Origin: Octopus vulgaris | Lineage: Eukaryota | Reading direction: 5' to 3' | Length of the DNA stretch: 64,000 nt | Assembly (NCBI GenBank): GCA_951406725.2 | Contig: OX597819.1 | Location: forward strand, 105,214,001-105,278,000 | In this document: positions 61,810-64,000 of the stretch, in pieces | Position numbering within the stretch: the stretch's first letter is position 1 | How the letters are laid out: the number at the start of each line of letters is the position of its first letter | The notes under the pieces: generated by a model | The model's input: the letters and a program-made list of their open reading frames with translations, nothing else | What the model was told of the DNA's origin: nothing | The model's database searches: none | Program-made: the position numbers and the translations under genes

Positions 61810-62030
61810 AATGTGGATGCCAAAGAAATTGAAAGAAAATTTAAGAAATATCAAGACACAGCCAGAAAAATGAAGAGATTGTGGAAGACTAAGACGACAG
61901 TTATTTCTGTGGTAATTTGTGCTCTTGGCACAACTCTCAATAAGAGCTTGAAAAATACAGGAAATGAGATTCTCATTGTCAACCTGCAGAAAAGTGCAAT
62001 CCTCTGTTCTGAGGAAACATGTTGTTACCA
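61810..62030 (+). mobile_element. C-terminal fragment of an RLE-type (R4/Dong-like) non-LTR retrotransposon
   Basis: KEIERKFKKYQDTARKMKRLWKTKTTVISVVICALG...LQKSAIL fits the K..KY.DL...LW...V.P.V.GALG...LQK..L pattern of this group, recalled from memory. Confidence 0.65.
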
Positions 62031-62489
62031 AATCTCAAGATAACATCCCAACTAATTAATTTAGCCTGAAAAAGTCAACTTTAGCAGAATTTGAACTTGA
62101 AATATAATGATGGATGAAATGGTGCTAAGCATTTTGTTTGATGTGTTACCAATTCTCCCAGCTTGCTGTCTTAATAACTTTCTACTAACATTGAGAGGAG
62201 GTGACAAACTTTTATTTTATTTTCATTGTTTCTTTATAAGTTTTAATTGCTAAGATTGCAATTAAGGGCAGGAGTTGATGAGTTTCATAGCGCATTGGAA
62301 AATTCTTGGCAAAGTTGAGCTTATGAATCCATTTTCAAATCCTAGCTGCTATTTCATTTAATTTCACTAATAACACAAATTCTCTTAGAAATCTCACAAT
62401 CTTTCTGCCTTGTAGCAGCTCAGTTCCAATATCTTATTAGGAAACAGTAATACTGTTTTACAGGTCTTTAGACTGTGCCTTGAAATCAC

Positions 62490-64000
62490 TAGGTGAATTA
62501 TCATTTTGAATATGAGAGTATTGAACAATATACCTTATGGTATTTCTTCCCTGTCTTTTACATTCCGAGTTCAAATCTCACTGAGGTCACCTATGCTTTT
62601 CAAATGTTTTTATAAAATAAAGTACCAGTCAAATGCTAGGGTTGTTATAATTAACTGAGCATTCCCTCAAAATTGCTGGCCTTCTCCCTAATTTAAAAGC
62701 ATTTATTATTAATGGACAGGAAGGCTGTGAGTTGGCTGAATCTATTAGCACTGGACAAAATACTGAGTGGCATTTTGTCCGTCTTTATGTTTTGAGTTCA
62801 AATTTTGTTGTGGTCAACTTTGCCTTTCATCCTTTCAGATTAATAAAATAAGTACCAGTTGACCACTGGGGTCGATGTAATCAACTTACCACCTCCCCCA
62901 AAATTGCTGGCCTTGTGCCAAAATTTGAAACCATTACTAATGGGCAATGGATTGGTAGAATCATTAGAACATCAGACAAAAATGTGTTGTGACATTTTTT
63001 CTGACTTTTTATGTTTTGAGTTCAAATCCTCACAAGGTCAACTTTTCTTTTCATCTCTCTGGGGTTAATGTGTCTGAGGGTATATTTAATTGTCTTTCTA
63101 TTAGAATTCTGAGGTTGATTTTTTTTTTTTGCCTTCCATGTTTCTGTAGTTTATTAAAATAAAATACGAGTCAGATACTAGGGGTTGGTATGTCAACTAC
63201 AATTCCTCTTCCAAAATGTGTGTCTTTGTCCCTATTACCAATACAAGATGGTGACCGAATGGCCCAAATTACTATAGTATCTCACAAAATGCCTGTAAGT
63301 TCTTAACTCAACCCCTGCCAAAATTGACTTCATGTCCGTCTAAGTAGGAGGCTGCAGACAATAAAGTTATTATCTATCACATACTTAGATTGATATAATC
63401 AACTGTTTCCTTTTCTAGAATTTCTGTAGAAATGGTAAATACACAGCTTTACAATAATTACTCTTCCACCTCCTCCTCACTTTCTTAAATTTAACTCCAA
63501 TAGGGTTGGTTTTGCAGACCGTCCCATCAAAGTTAGGTAGTTAGGCCCTTGGCCTATATTGGTAGGGGCAGAGTCAATCCACTCTAGCTGTTTGCTACAA
63601 ATCTATTGCATTGTGCCAAAATTAGAAACTCTTGTTGTTAATGTTGGAAAACTGCTTAATGGTATTTCTTCTGGTTCTTTGCATTCTGAGTTCAAATCTC
63701 ACTAAGGTTAACTTTACTTTTTATCCCTCCAGAATTGATTAAATGCATCTCCTTAAAACTGTTGGTCTTGTGCCGAAATCAAAAACCATAATAATAATAA
63801 TAATCCTTTCTACAATAGGTACAAGGCCTGAAATTTTATGGCAGGGGACTAGTTGATATCATCGACCCCAGTGTTACACTGGTACTTAATTTATCGACCC
63901 TGAAAGGATGAAAGGCAAAGTTGAACTCAGAATGTGAAAACAGATGAAACACCAATAAGCATTTTGCCCGGCATGCTAACGATTCTGCCAGCTCACTGCC
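62490..64000. mobile_element. Cluster of family A SINE copies (several on +, a final copy on - at about 63803-64000)
   Basis: gagttcaaat...ctttcatcc...agtaccag motifs repeat about six times; the last copy is inverted across an (AAT)n tract. Confidence 0.75.

Overview
AT-rich, repeat-dense animal genomic DNA, most likely an octopus (inferred from the SINE families and the microsatellite load). The only host gene I can support is a plus-strand polypeptide N-acetylgalactosaminyltransferase 2 (GALNT2). Twelve GT-AG coding exons between 19197 and 54408 splice in frame into about 411 aa covering the catalytic domain (DSH and WGGEN motifs) and the ricin-B lectin domain. I could not find its N-terminal exons, so 1-19196 is probably intronic. 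The rest is a layered set of mobile DNA: at least three tRNA-headed SINE families, a (GAT)n-tailed repeat that matches the 3' end of an RTE LINE, CR1-type, RTE and R4/Dong-like LINE fragments, a full-length but frameshifted mariner, a non-autonomous Helitron, hAT and TTAA MITEs and a 193-bp solo-LTR-like insert. Almost all other ORFs in the track are repeat artefacts. The most interesting observations are: a SINE whose 16-bp target-site duplication copied an exon's splice donor; several long intronic inverted repeats that are candidate ADAR substrates; two decayed hammerhead-ribozyme-like motifs, one at the end of a Penelope-like inverted repeat; and a tailless SINE insertion. I cannot demonstrate a wholly new biological system from this sequence alone.
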